Positions 46,509 through 57,167 are shown, numbered from the stretch's first letter. The stretch: DNA of 64,000 nt from Bacteroidales bacterium (GCA_041737295.1 JBGSSA010000141.1:397-64396); one strand, 5' to 3'. Notes: generated by a model not told the origin, from the sequence alone. Program-made: numbers and translations.

Positions 46509-47561
46509 ATGAAAGGCGACAAAATCATACTCGGGATAACCCATGGTGATATCAACGGGATCAGCTACGAGGTGATCATGAAATCATTGGCCGATAGCCG
46601 CATATTTGACTATTGCATCCCCGTGGTATATGGTTCGCCTAAAGTCGCAGCATATCACCGGAAGGCCCTGAACCTCGAAAATTTCAGTTTCAACACCATC
46701 CGGACGGTGGATGAGGCTCAACCGCGCAAGGCCAATATTATTAATTGCATTGATGATGCAGCCCGCGTGGAATTAGGAAAATCTACCGGGTATGCCGGGG
46801 AATCTTCACTCCAGGCGCTTGAGGCAGCTGTACAGGATATGTCCGATGGAAAACTGGATGCCCTTGTCACTGCCCCGCTGAACAAGTCAAATGTTAAAAC
46901 CGACAAGTTCAACTTTACGGGCCATACCGAATACCTCGAGAACCAGTTCAAATGCGATGGGGTACTGATGCTTATGGTAAATGAGCTTATGCGTATTGGG
47001 GTTGTAACATCGCACATTCCGCTCGCCAAAATCCCGGAGTACATTACCCGCGACACCCTGCTCAATAAGCTTAAAATACTCAACAAGTCTCTCCTGGAGG
47101 ACTTTGTTATCCGTAAACCGCGGATTGCCGTGCTGGGATTGAATCCGCATGCCGGTGACAACGGGTTGCTCGGCGATGAAGAGGAAAAAGAGATCATCCC
47201 CGCCATCCGCCAGGCACAGGAGGAAAATATGATGGTGTTCGGCCCCTACCCGGCTGACGGATTTTTTGGCGCCGGCACTTACAAGCAGTTTGATGCGGTT
47301 CTGGCCATGTACCACGACCAGGGGTTGGTTCCATTTAAAGCACTTTCAACGGAAGGGGGAGTAAACTATACGGCCGGACTTCCGATAGTGCGTACCTCGC
47401 CTGCCCATGGTACAGCTTTTGAATTAGCCGGTAAAAACGAAGCGTTGCCGGATTCATTCCGCCAGGCTATCTATCTTGCCTGTGATATTTATCAGAACAG
47501 GCAACGTTATAAAGAAATGTCGGCTAATCCCCTCAAATCCGTCGATGTTTCTGATACCTGA
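46509..47561 (+). CDS. pdxA: 4-hydroxythreonine-4-phosphate dehydrogenase
   Basis: 350 aa with GHTE, LNPHAGDNG and HDQGL motifs. Confidence 0.92.
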   Translation: MKGDKIILGITHGDINGISYEVIMKSLADSRIFDYCIPVVYGSPKVAAYHRKALNLENFSFNTIRTVDEAQPRKANIINCIDDAARVELGKSTGYAGESSLQALEAAVQDMSDGKLDALVTAPLNKSNVKTDKFNFTGHTEYLENQFKCDGVLMLMVNELMRIGVVTSHIPLAKIPEYITRDTLLNKLKILNKSLLEDFVIRKPRIAVLGLNPHAGDNGLLGDEEEKEIIPAIRQAQEENMMVFGPYPADGFFGAGTYKQFDAVLAMYHDQGLVPFKALSTEGGVNYTAGLPIVRTSPAHGTAFELAGKNEALPDSFRQAIYLACDIYQNRQRYKEMSANPLKSVDVSDT

Positions 47562-47590
47562 TCCGGGATCCCGGTACTTATTCATAAGCC

Positions 47591-48175
47591 ATGTACGAAT
47601 ATATAGAAGGTGTACTGAAAGAAAAGAATCCTGCCTATTGTGTCATTGAAGCAGGCGGCTTGGGATATTTCATTCAGATTTCTCTTACAACATACTCACA
47701 ACTCGAACCTCATACCCAGGCCAAGGTATACCTGCACCAGGTGGTTCGGGAAGATGCGCATCTCCTCTTTGGTTTTTTTACACGATCGGAGCGTGAAATG
47801 TTCAGGCTTTTACTTACCGTTTCCGGCATAGGGGCAAATACAGCCCGCATGATGCTTTCATCCATGTCGGCAGATGACATAAGGCAGCACATTCTGCTGG
47901 GCAATACAGCCCCTCTGCAGGCAATAAAGGGAATCGGGGCAAAAACGGCACAACGGCTGATTATTGAACTTCGTGACAAAGTAGGAAAAGAAAAACCAGG
48001 TGCCGGTGATTTATTTCCAATTCAAAACAATAGATTAAAAGAAGAAGCGTTATCAGCATTGGTAATACTGGGTTTCAATAAAGGTGATGCCGATAAGGTG
48101 ATAAGCAAAATTCTGGTAGCTGAATCATCATTAACACTTGAGGAGTTGATTAAGAAAGCCCTGAAACAGTTTTAA
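47591..48175 (+). CDS. ruvA: Holliday junction branch migration complex subunit RuvA
   Basis: MYEYIEGVL...GGLGYFI; HhH motifs VSGIGANTA and IKGIGAKTAQR. Confidence 0.95.
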   Translation: MYEYIEGVLKEKNPAYCVIEAGGLGYFIQISLTTYSQLEPHTQAKVYLHQVVREDAHLLFGFFTRSEREMFRLLLTVSGIGANTARMMLSSMSADDIRQHILLGNTAPLQAIKGIGAKTAQRLIIELRDKVGKEKPGAGDLFPIQNNRLKEEALSALVILGFNKGDADKVISKILVAESSLTLEELIKKALKQF

Positions 48176-48198
48176 AAAAAGCTTAAAATAACCTGAAT

Positions 48199-51100
48199 TT
48201 GGTCGCAGCAAGGGAAAAACATATCATCTTACAGCCTTTATTAAAAATCCTTTTGCGCAGTGCCTTCGGTATGCTTATATCCGGGACTGTGATGCCCGTT
48301 TTCTCGCAGGGTATCCAATCACCGTCGGATACCACTAAACTGGCCTACCCGTTCCGTGACGATACGAATTTTCCGTTTTCAACATCCGGCGTTACCTCTC
48401 CCCTGTACCTGAATAATCCGTCCAATGTGGTACAAACCATTGTGTATGACCCGGTAACCAACCAGTATATTTTCTCTGAAAAAGTAGGCAGGCTCGACTA
48501 CAGGCCGCCTACATCCATGTCGCTTAAGGAATATCTTCAGTACGACCGCCAAACCTCAGTGCAGAACTACTGGCAGCAAAAATCAAGGGAAAATCTAGCC
48601 CCGTCAAAATCACCGCTCCTGGGCAATATTAAAATGGGCGATTCATTCGACAAGATCTTCGGAACGGATGCCATCAGCATTGTCCCCCAGGGATCAGCGG
48701 AATTGATATTCGGATATAATATGTCGCGCATTGACAATCCCGCCCTGTCTGAAAAAAACAGGAAAAACGGATCCTTCCTGTTCAAGGAAAAGATCCAGAT
48801 GAATGTGACCGGGAGCATAGGCGACAAAATGCAACTCGGGATTAATTACAACACGGAAGCATCCTTTGATTTTGAGAACAAAACCAAGCTGGAATATACA
48901 GGCAAGGAAGATGAAATTATTAAAAAAATAGAAGCCGGAAATGTGACTTTCTCACTTCCCGGTACCCTGATCACGGGCAGTCAGAGCTTATTTGGATTGA
49001 AAACCGACCTCCAGTTCGGAAAATTATTTGTGAGCTCTGTCGTCAGCCACCAGAGGGGCCAGTCACAGCAGATCGAAGTGAAAGGCGGCGCACAGGTGAG
49101 TAAATTTGAAGTGGATGCTGCCGATTATGATGCCAATAAGCATTTTTTTCTTTCCCATTTTTTCAGGAATAATTACAACTCCTGGCTGGAGTCCCTGCCT
49201 TATGTAAATTCAGGCGTCCGCATTCAGCAAATAGAGGTATGGATCACCAACAAATCGAGCAGTACTACCGATACCCGGAATATCCTGGCCCTGCAGGACC
49301 TCGGTGAAGGGTACGGACCCCAGGGGCAGCCGGATTTTGGCGGCCAGAAGGAGTTCATTGGTCCTGTCAGTACGTTTAACGCGGCAGCCGATAATAATAC
49401 AAACAAGCTGTATTCGAACATGGTGGAACAGTATGCCGGGATCCGGACGTTCAACCAGATTGCCGCGCTGCTTGCCCCCCTTGAATCATCCTATAATTTT
49501 TACGGCGGAAGGGATTTTGAAAAAATTGAAAACTCCCGTAAACTGAGCCAGACTGAATACTCCCTCAATGAGCAATTGGGTTATATCTCACTGAATTCTG
49601 CCCTGCGTGCGGATGAAGTCCTTGCAGTTGCCTATGTATATACATACCAGGGAAAGACCTACCGCGTGGGTGAATTGTCATCGGATGGTGTCAGCGCCCC
49701 GAAAACACTCGTAGTTAAACTGTTGAAAGGAACCAGCCTGACTCCGAAACTGAAAACCTGGGACCTGATGATGAAGAACGTTTATGCCATCGGCGCATAC
49801 CAGGTTTCAAACAGCGACTTCATTCTCGATGTCCTTTACCGGAAAGATGAAACCGGGGTACCTGTGAATTATATTTCCGAGCCCCTGGCTGACAGTGCTT
49901 TTAACCGTAAAATCCTGCTCAGGGTATTGAAAATGGACAACCTGGATTCAAGGAATGAACCGAATCCCGACGGACGGTTTGACTTTATTGACGGAACCAC
50001 CATCAATCCGCGCGACGGGAGGGTATTCTTCACCCAGGTTGAACCCTTCGGCAAAGACATGAAATATACAATAATGGGCGGAGATACGTCTGCAAGCAAT
50101 ACGGTACAGGAAAAAATTGCCCGGAAGTATATATTCGAAGAATTGTATGATTCTACCCAAACAAAGGCAAGGCAGATCTCTAAAAAGAACAAATTTTTCC
50201 TCGCCGGGGAATACGAGTCCTCCTCCAGTTCTGAAATCCAGCTGAATGCCATGAATGTGCCACAGGGATCCGTTAAGGTTTCTTCCGGGGGAATTGCCCT
50301 CGTGGAAGGGCAGGATTATACCGTGGATTATACGCTGGGAAGGGTAAAGATTTTGAACCAGGGCCTGATCGAATCGGGCGCCCCGCTTTCCGTTTCACTG
50401 GAAAACAATGCACTCTTCAACCTCCAGACAAAAACATTGCTTGGAACCCATATGGATTACAAATTCTCTGATAATTTCAATCTTGGAGGGACTGTAATGC
50501 ATCTGACGGAAAGACCCCTCACACAAAAAGTAAACGTGGGCGACGAACCCATATCAAATACGATCTGGGGATTGAATACAAGTTACCGTACCGATTCCAG
50601 GATGCTGACAAAATGGATTGATGCACTTCCCCTGATTGAAACCAAGGAAACTTCATCAATCTCGGTAGATGCGGAATTTGCACAGATGATACCGGGTCAG
50701 GCCAAAATCATCGGGGAAGGCGGGGTGGCTTACATTGATGACTTTGAAGGCACTGAAACTACAGTTGAACTGAAAACCATTCAATCCTGGTTTTTGTCGA
50801 GCACACCGCGCAAATTCCGCAATTCGGGACTCCTGAATAACCTTCAGTACGGCTATAACCGGTCCAAGCTGGCCTGGTATACGATCGATCCCCTTTTCAC
50901 CCGGAATGAATCCCGGACACCTAAAAACATTACCGAGGAGGAACAGAACGATCCTTATGTACGTGAGGTACTTGAAACGGAAATTTATAAAAACAGGGAA
51001 AGCGGTACCGGGTTTCAGAATACCCTGATGATCATGAACCTTGCCTACTTTCCCGAGGAAAGGGGCCCGTATAATTTTGATCCCTCACTGAGCGACGACT

Positions 51101-54100
51101 ATAAATTACCATTCCCCCGAACGAGATGGGGCGGCATTATGCGCGAAATTCAAACCAGTGATTTCGAAACCTCCAATATCGAATACATCGAATTCTGGCT
51201 TATGGATCCGTTTCTCAAGGATTCCCTTTCACAGGGCGGAGATTTGTTTTTCAACCTCGGTGAAATCTCGGAAGATGTGCTGAAGGATTCCCGTAAGTCA
51301 TTTGAAAACGGTCTTCCCACCTCGGATTCAATTGCCAGGATTGATACCAATTCAGTCTGGGGTCGTGTTCCCACCGCCCAGTCTATCGTAAACTCGTTTG
51401 ACTCGGATCCGAATAACAGGGAACTCCAGGATGTGGGAATGGACGGGATGAATGATGAACAGGAATTAGCCAAGTATGCATCCTATGTGAATCTGAAGAC
51501 TCCCGGTTCCCCTGCATGGTCAAGAATCAATGAAGATCCCTCAGCGGATAATTTCCTGTATTTCCTGGCACCGGAATATAACGATACGGCCGGCGTAATT
51601 ACACGGTATAAGGATTATAATAATACACAGGGCAATTCCCCAACCACCGAACAAAGCGGGGGCGATTTCGCCGCTTCCACCACACTTCCGAACACCGAGG
51701 ATATTAACAGGGACAATACACTGAATGAGACCGATGCCTATTACGAGTACCATGTTCCACTGAGTCCCGATGAACTGAACACGGATAATAGCTATATAAC
51801 CGATATCGTAGACGGCAAAGTAAATCCTGAAACCAACCTGCCGGTAAAGTGGTACCAGTTCCGTATCCCGATCGATGACTATGCAGGTAAATATGGAAAT
51901 ATCGAAGATTTCAAATCCATCCGCTTCATGCGAATGTACCTCACCAATTTTGAGAAGCCGGTTATCCTCCGGTTTGCCGAATTGCACCTGGTTCGCTCGG
52001 AATGGCGGAAATATGACAATACGCTCGCTTCAGGAAGTCCATCCGTCACCGACCAGTATGACAAGGGGGGATTCGAGATCAGCTCCGTGAATATCGAGGA
52101 AAACGCCCTTAAAACGCCTGTAAATTATATCCTGCCCCCCGGCATTGACCGCGTTGTTGACCCAAGTCAGCCCCAGGTGGCACAGCTGAATGAACAATCC
52201 ATCGTTTTTAAGGTGCATGACCTGGCTGACGGAGATGCACGGGCCGCTTACAAGACGCTGGGAATGGACCTGCGCCAGTACAAAAAGCTCAAAATGTTCG
52301 TTCATGCCGAACAACCGGTCGGACAGGTGCTGAATGATTATGAAATAACCGCCTTTATTCGCCTGGGTGCAGACCAAACCGACAACTATTATGAATATGA
52401 GGTTCCCCTGGCCCTAACTCCCGCGGGACAATACGGCGATGGTCAGCGATCCGTTGTATGGCCTGATGAGAATGCTATCGAAGTCATCCTTGACGAACTT
52501 GTGGACCTTAAAGTGGAGCGTGATGATGCCATCGACGGGCAGCCCGATCTGTATGATATTACTAAGATCTATAAAAAAAGGGTGGGCAAGAATCTCATCA
52601 AAATCAAGGGGACTCCGAATCTGAGTAACGTCAGGAATGTTGTGGTCGGGGTGCGGAATGCCGGTGACCTGGATAATGAATATCAAAACGACGGTCTCCC
52701 TAAATCAGCGGAAATATGGTTCAATGAATTGCGGCTCACTGATTTCAACAATAAGGGAGGATGGGCAGCCAACGCCAGGACGCAGCTAAGACTCGCCGAC
52801 CTCGGCATATTGTCCGTGGCCGGAAGCACTTCTAAACCCGGATTCGGAAGCATTGAACAAAAAGTAAATGCCAGGAATAAGGAAGAGACTAACCAGATTG
52901 ATGTTTCCACTAACCTCGAACTCGGAAAACTGCTGCCCGAAAAGGCAAAGGTGTCCGTGCCCTTGTATGTGGCTGTGTCGAAGACTACAGTTACCCCTGA
53001 ATATTCCCCCGCTGAACCCGACAGGCTGATGAAGGATGTGCTCGACCAGACTGCCACATCCTCGGAACGTAAGGCAGCCAAGGAGCTTTCTCAGGATGTT
53101 ATTAAAAGGAACAGCGTCAATTTCACCAATGTAAGGGTGAACAAGGACCTGGAGAAATTCAAAATAATCTCTCCCTCTAACTTCTCCATCACGGCCGGGT
53201 ATAGCGAAACCCAGGCGCATAGTTACGAAGTGGAACGAAACAATTCGATAAAATACGGCCTGTCACTGAACTATATATACAATACCCGTACGAAAAGCAT
53301 TACTCCCTTCAGAAAGTCAAAGGGATTGAAATCACCCTACCTGAGATTCATCAAGGATTTCAATTTTTCACCCCTGCCAAGCCGGCTGTCATTCCAGACT
53401 GCCTTTGACCGGTTTTACAATGAAATGAAATTAAGGAATGTATATGCGGATCGGGATGTACTTATCGACTCGACAGTCAGCAAGGACTTTTTGTGGAACA
53501 GGCGGTACGAGCTCAACTGGGACCTGACAAAGTCACTTAAATTCGACCTGTCGGTCAACAACCACGCACGGATTGACGAAGCCGCCGGCGCTTATGACCT
53601 GTTCAGGCAGGGCAATAAAAGCGAGTGGTCGAAATCCGTTTGGCAAAGTATCAAAAAAGGCGGCCGGCCGGTGAATTATAACCATAGTCTGAATGCAACC
53701 TATAATGTTCCGCTGAACAAATTCCCGATATTAAGCTGGACTTCCTTATCACTCCGCTACAATTCAACCTATGATTGGAGTGAAGGCCCGATATTTGAAG
53801 GTTCACGCACCCTGGGAAATTCAATTGCCAATTCCAACACGATGCAGGCCAGCACTACATTTAACCTGGCCGGACTTTATAACAAGACAAAATACCTGAA
53901 AGCGCTGGAATCAAAATATTCAGGGACCCAGAAGAGCAAGACCGAAAAGAAAATGAAAACGATAACTTTTACAAAGGAAAACGTTTTTCTTCGGCCTAAT
54001 ACGCCCCGGAACATTTCACATAAACTCAAAACCCAGGAATTAATTGTAAAAGTAACGGATGAAAGCGGGGCTGAAATTCCCGCCAAAGTGCAAATACTGG

Positions 54101-55626
54101 ACGACAACAGGATCAGCCTCACCGCAGATACGAATTATACAGGATTGCTGGTCGTTATAGAAGGCCAGGTGGTAAAGGCAAGTCCCCTGCTCTTTATCGG
54201 TGAGAATTCAATCCGTTTTCTGACGGGACTGAAAAATATTTCGGTTACCTATTCCCTTACAGGGGGAACCAAACTGGGTGGTTTTATGGCCACCCCGAAT
54301 ATTATCGGATTCAATACAGGAGACCAGTATAACGGGGCACCCGGACTTCCTTTCCTGTTGGGCTTACAGGATGACAAATTTGACAGGTATGCGGCAGACC
54401 AGGGATGGCTAACCACCAACCAGGCATTTAATGACCCGTATACAATGTCAAGAACCGAAAACTTCAATGTTAAAGGAACTTTTGAACCGTTCAAGGGATT
54501 CCGTATTGAAATATCCGGATTGCGTACCTATACCGATTTCCGGAGCGAGTATTACCATTACAGCGATACGACGGCCAACAACAACGGGTTTTCATTCGGT
54601 AACCAGACTGTCAACGGCGGATATTCAATATCCATTATCAGCATTGGTACCGGTTTTGAGAAACTGAAAAGCAGCAATGGTTTCAACTCGGTGTATTTTG
54701 AACGGTTTAAAACCTACCGTCAGATCATCTCCCACCGGCTCTATAACGACAGGCTAAATTCAAACGCGTCCAATTACCAGGGTTCCATACAACAAACTAT
54801 TGAACCGGGATATACCGACGGGTATGGATCCACATCGCCCGATGTAATCATACCTGCATTCCTGGCAGCCTATACGAACAAAGATCCGATGGCGGTAACA
54901 CTTGAAACATTTCCGGGTTTCAAAAATATAATGCCTAACTGGAGACTAACCTTTGATGGCCTGAGCAAACTCGATTTCGTAAAACGGTATATCAAAACCA
55001 TTGTTATTAACCATTCCTATAAATCCACCTATAACATCAATTCGTTCTCGACGAACTTATTGTATGAAGAAGATCCCATGGACGGATTTGGCTATGTAAG
55101 GGATTTTCAGGATAATTTCGTTCCGGAATTGCAGCTCAATACAGTTTCTATCAGGGAAGACATGAATCCGTTATTTGGTATTGACGCAACCTGGGTGAAT
55201 AGCCTGCTTACCCGTCTGGAATTCCGCAAATCACGGATCCTTGCCCTGAGCCTGGCCAATAACCAGCTCACGGAAAGCCGCAATGATGAAATGATCATCG
55301 GTGCAGGATATCGGTTTAAGGAGGTGCCCCTTAAAATCGGGCAAAAAGCTTATGAAAGCGATCTCAATCTGAAATTCGACCTGTCTGTGAGGGACAATAA
55401 AACCATCATCAGGTATCTTGCCCAGACTGAAGCAGATGAGGTGGACCAGATAACATCCGGGGACAGGATCTTTAAAATCCTGTTTACAGCAGATTACCTG
55501 CTTTCACCCCGATTCAACCTGCAATTCTTTTTCGACCGCACCCTTAACAAACCCCATACTTCCAGATCGTTCCTCAGGGTGGATACAAACATAGGCTTCA
55601 GCCTTCGTTTCACGCTTTCGCAATAA
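48199..55626 (+). CDS. sprA: T9SS outer-membrane translocon SprA (Sov)
   Basis: 2475-aa ORF in the conserved ruvA-sprA-gcvH neighbourhood. Huge beta-barrel-type sequence ending in a C-terminal aromatic-rich strand. The start is uncertain (TTG 48199 or ATG 48271). Confidence 0.9.
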   Translation: MVAAREKHIILQPLLKILLRSAFGMLISGTVMPVFSQGIQSPSDTTKLAYPFRDDTNFPFSTSGVTSPLYLNNPSNVVQTIVYDPVTNQYIFSEKVGRLDYRPPTSMSLKEYLQYDRQTSVQNYWQQKSRENLAPSKSPLLGNIKMGDSFDKIFGTDAISIVPQGSAELIFGYNMSRIDNPALSEKNRKNGSFLFKEKIQMNVTGSIGDKMQLGINYNTEASFDFENKTKLEYTGKEDEIIKKIEAGNVTFSLPGTLITGSQSLFGLKTDLQFGKLFVSSVVSHQRGQSQQIEVKGGAQVSKFEVDAADYDANKHFFLSHFFRNNYNSWLESLPYVNSGVRIQQIEVWITNKSSSTTDTRNILALQDLGEGYGPQGQPDFGGQKEFIGPVSTFNAAADNNTNKLYSNMVEQYAGIRTFNQIAALLAPLESSYNFYGGRDFEKIENSRKLSQTEYSLNEQLGYISLNSALRADEVLAVAYVYTYQGKTYRVGELSSDGVSAPKTLVVKLLKGTSLTPKLKTWDLMMKNVYAIGAYQVSNSDFILDVLYRKDETGVPVNYISEPLADSAFNRKILLRVLKMDNLDSRNEPNPDGRFDFIDGTTINPRDGRVFFTQVEPFGKDMKYTIMGGDTSASNTVQEKIARKYIFEELYDSTQTKARQISKKNKFFLAGEYESSSSSEIQLNAMNVPQGSVKVSSGGIALVEGQDYTVDYTLGRVKILNQGLIESGAPLSVSLENNALFNLQTKTLLGTHMDYKFSDNFNLGGTVMHLTERPLTQKVNVGDEPISNTIWGLNTSYRTDSRMLTKWIDALPLIETKETSSISVDAEFAQMIPGQAKIIGEGGVAYIDDFEGTETTVELKTIQSWFLSSTPRKFRNSGLLNNLQYGYNRSKLAWYTIDPLFTRNESRTPKNITEEEQNDPYVREVLETEIYKNRESGTGFQNTLMIMNLAYFPEERGPYNFDPSLSDDYKLPFPRTRWGGIMREIQTSDFETSNIEYIEFWLMDPFLKDSLSQGGDLFFNLGEISEDVLKDSRKSFENGLPTSDSIARIDTNSVWGRVPTAQSIVNSFDSDPNNRELQDVGMDGMNDEQELAKYASYVNLKTPGSPAWSRINEDPSADNFLYFLAPEYNDTAGVITRYKDYNNTQGNSPTTEQSGGDFAASTTLPNTEDINRDNTLNETDAYYEYHVPLSPDELNTDNSYITDIVDGKVNPETNLPVKWYQFRIPIDDYAGKYGNIEDFKSIRFMRMYLTNFEKPVILRFAELHLVRSEWRKYDNTLASGSPSVTDQYDKGGFEISSVNIEENALKTPVNYILPPGIDRVVDPSQPQVAQLNEQSIVFKVHDLADGDARAAYKTLGMDLRQYKKLKMFVHAEQPVGQVLNDYEITAFIRLGADQTDNYYEYEVPLALTPAGQYGDGQRSVVWPDENAIEVILDELVDLKVERDDAIDGQPDLYDITKIYKKRVGKNLIKIKGTPNLSNVRNVVVGVRNAGDLDNEYQNDGLPKSAEIWFNELRLTDFNNKGGWAANARTQLRLADLGILSVAGSTSKPGFGSIEQKVNARNKEETNQIDVSTNLELGKLLPEKAKVSVPLYVAVSKTTVTPEYSPAEPDRLMKDVLDQTATSSERKAAKELSQDVIKRNSVNFTNVRVNKDLEKFKIISPSNFSITAGYSETQAHSYEVERNNSIKYGLSLNYIYNTRTKSITPFRKSKGLKSPYLRFIKDFNFSPLPSRLSFQTAFDRFYNEMKLRNVYADRDVLIDSTVSKDFLWNRRYELNWDLTKSLKFDLSVNNHARIDEAAGAYDLFRQGNKSEWSKSVWQSIKKGGRPVNYNHSLNATYNVPLNKFPILSWTSLSLRYNSTYDWSEGPIFEGSRTLGNSIANSNTMQASTTFNLAGLYNKTKYLKALESKYSGTQKSKTEKKMKTITFTKENVFLRPNTPRNISHKLKTQELIVKVTDESGAEIPAKVQILDDNRISLTADTNYTGLLVVIEGQVVKASPLLFIGENSIRFLTGLKNISVTYSLTGGTKLGGFMATPNIIGFNTGDQYNGAPGLPFLLGLQDDKFDRYAADQGWLTTNQAFNDPYTMSRTENFNVKGTFEPFKGFRIEISGLRTYTDFRSEYYHYSDTTANNNGFSFGNQTVNGGYSISIISIGTGFEKLKSSNGFNSVYFERFKTYRQIISHRLYNDRLNSNASNYQGSIQQTIEPGYTDGYGSTSPDVIIPAFLAAYTNKDPMAVTLETFPGFKNIMPNWRLTFDGLSKLDFVKRYIKTIVINHSYKSTYNINSFSTNLLYEEDPMDGFGYVRDFQDNFVPELQLNTVSIREDMNPLFGIDATWVNSLLTRLEFRKSRILALSLANNQLTESRNDEMIIGAGYRFKEVPLKIGQKAYESDLNLKFDLSVRDNKTIIRYLAQTEADEVDQITSGDRIFKILFTADYLLSPRFNLQFFFDRTLNKPHTSRSFLRVDTNIGFSLRFTLSQ

Positions 55627-55733
55627 ATGCCCGATAAAATCGCCGGAAGCAAACTTTCAAATCAGGAATATTGCTTACTTTTATGCGGAATTTGTTTTTT
55701 GCATAATGATACTTATATCAATCATATATCGTC

Positions 55734-55784
55734 AATCGTAAATCAAATATATCAGCAATCGTAAATCGTAAATCGTAAATTTTT
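55734..55784. repeat. 7-mer repeat (AATCGTA): three perfect units at 55757..55777 plus degenerate flanking units
   Basis: Direct reading. It is the reverse complement of the ATTTACG family at 25464, and ends about 7 nt before the gcvH ATG. Confidence 0.8.
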
Positions 55785-55790
55785 AACATT

Positions 55791-56171
55791 ATGAACTTTC
55801 CTGCCGATCTGCGCTACACATCCGATCATGAATGGATTCGACTAACCGGTAAAACTGCCGAAGTGGGTATTACAGAGTTTGCCCAGGGTGAACTCGGGGA
55901 TATCGTATTTGTTGAAATTGAAACGGTAGATAGTCACATCGAAAAGGGCGGCACTTTTGGAACCATTGAAGCAGTAAAAACAGTTTCCGATCTGTTTATG
56001 CCTGTTTCCGGCAAAGTGACCGGTCTCAATGAGCGGATCAATGATTCTCCGGATCTGATAAATAAAGATCCTTACGGAGACGGGTGGCTTATAAAAATGG
56101 AGGTGGACGATCCCTCACAGGTAAATCAGCTTATGGATGCTGCAGGGTATGCAGCCATGATCAATGCATAA
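55791..56171 (+). CDS. gcvH: Glycine cleavage system protein H
   Basis: 126 aa with the lipoyl-lysine motif IEAVKTVSD. Confidence 0.95.
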   Translation: MNFPADLRYTSDHEWIRLTGKTAEVGITEFAQGELGDIVFVEIETVDSHIEKGGTFGTIEAVKTVSDLFMPVSGKVTGLNERINDSPDLINKDPYGDGWLIKMEVDDPSQVNQLMDAAGYAAMINA

Positions 56172-56234
56172 CTGTACCCGGCTGTTTACGGGAACAGGCA
56201 AAACAGATTCAAATCATATTAAAACTTTTGTTGT

Positions 56235-57167
56235 ATGAAACCTATTATACCCCCGGTTGACCGTGAACTCATAGAGAAAGAGCTGTCGGAGGATAAGCTG
56301 CTGCGACGTACCAACAATGGGAATAATATGTTGTATGTTGTTACCCATCAGGATTCTCCGAATATCATGACCGAAATTGGCAGGCTCAGGGAATTGTCCT
56401 TCCGGGTCGCCGGCGGAGGAACAGGTAAAGAAGTGGACATCGATGCCTATGATACAATGCCCAATCCCTATAAACAACTTATTGTCTGGGATCCGGCTGA
56501 AAAGGAAATTCTCGGCGGCTACCGGTACTTTGTATGTTCTGAAGTATTCAATGATGACGACGGAAACTGCAACCTTGCTACTGCCAGGCTTTTCAGATTT
56601 TCAAAGAAGTTCAGGGATGATTATATTCCCTATATGATTGAACTCGGACGATCCTTCGTTCAGCCTGCATACCAGTCAACCAACCGGAAAGGAAAGGGAC
56701 TTTATGCCATGGACAATCTGTGGGACGGCCTGGGCGCTGTATGGCTCAAACATCCGCATATCAAGTATTTTTTCGGCAAGGTTACCATGTATACAACCTA
56801 TGACAAGGAAGCCCGCGACCTGATCCTGTATTTTCTTAAAAAATATTTCCCTGACCGGGATAACCTCGTACTGCCTTTTGAACCCCTTGAGTTTAGCACG
56901 GATACCAGCCTGCTCGCAAGGATCCTGAATGGCCAGAATTACAGTGATGACTATAAACAGCTATCGGTTAATGTACGTGCACGCGGTGAAAATATTCCGC
57001 CCCTGATCAACGCGTATATGAATCTTTCCCCCACCATGAAAGTCTTTGGAACAGCAATGAATTATTCATTCGGGGATGTGGAGGAAACCGCGCTGATGGT
57101 GACGCTGAATGATATGTACGACGAAAAGATCGAAAGACATTTGAAAACCTATATCCGCAGGTCATAA
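56235..57167 (+). CDS. Hemolysin-like GNAT N-acyltransferase (OlsB/GlsB-type lipoamino-acid synthesis family)
   Basis: 310 aa. EIGRLRELSFRVAGGGTGKEVDID...GGYRY pattern is typical of this acyltransferase family. Confidence 0.6.
   Translation: MKPIIPPVDRELIEKELSEDKLLRRTNNGNNMLYVVTHQDSPNIMTEIGRLRELSFRVAGGGTGKEVDIDAYDTMPNPYKQLIVWDPAEKEILGGYRYFVCSEVFNDDDGNCNLATARLFRFSKKFRDDYIPYMIELGRSFVQPAYQSTNRKGKGLYAMDNLWDGLGAVWLKHPHIKYFFGKVTMYTTYDKEARDLILYFLKKYFPDRDNLVLPFEPLEFSTDTSLLARILNGQNYSDDYKQLSVNVRARGENIPPLINAYMNLSPTMKVFGTAMNYSFGDVEETALMVTLNDMYDEKIERHLKTYIRRS

Noticed and set aside
46335-46544. ORF 46335..46544 (-), 69 aa
   Set aside because: It spans the octamer/heptamer arrays and the pdxA start, and is a repeat artefact.
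47561-47575. Palindrome CCGGGATCCCGG after the pdxA stop as a terminator
   Set aside because: It is a 12-nt perfect palindrome with no loop and no T-tract. It is too short and tight to call.
55627-55790. Glycine riboswitch upstream of gcvH; also a TPP riboswitch near thiL (23835..23970) and a cobalamin riboswitch before the TonB-dependent receptor (61328..61419)
   Set aside because: None of the conserved cores could be found by eye (glycine GGAGAG...CACCG, TPP CUGAGA...ACCUGA, B12 box). These regions are AT-rich with no matching helices.
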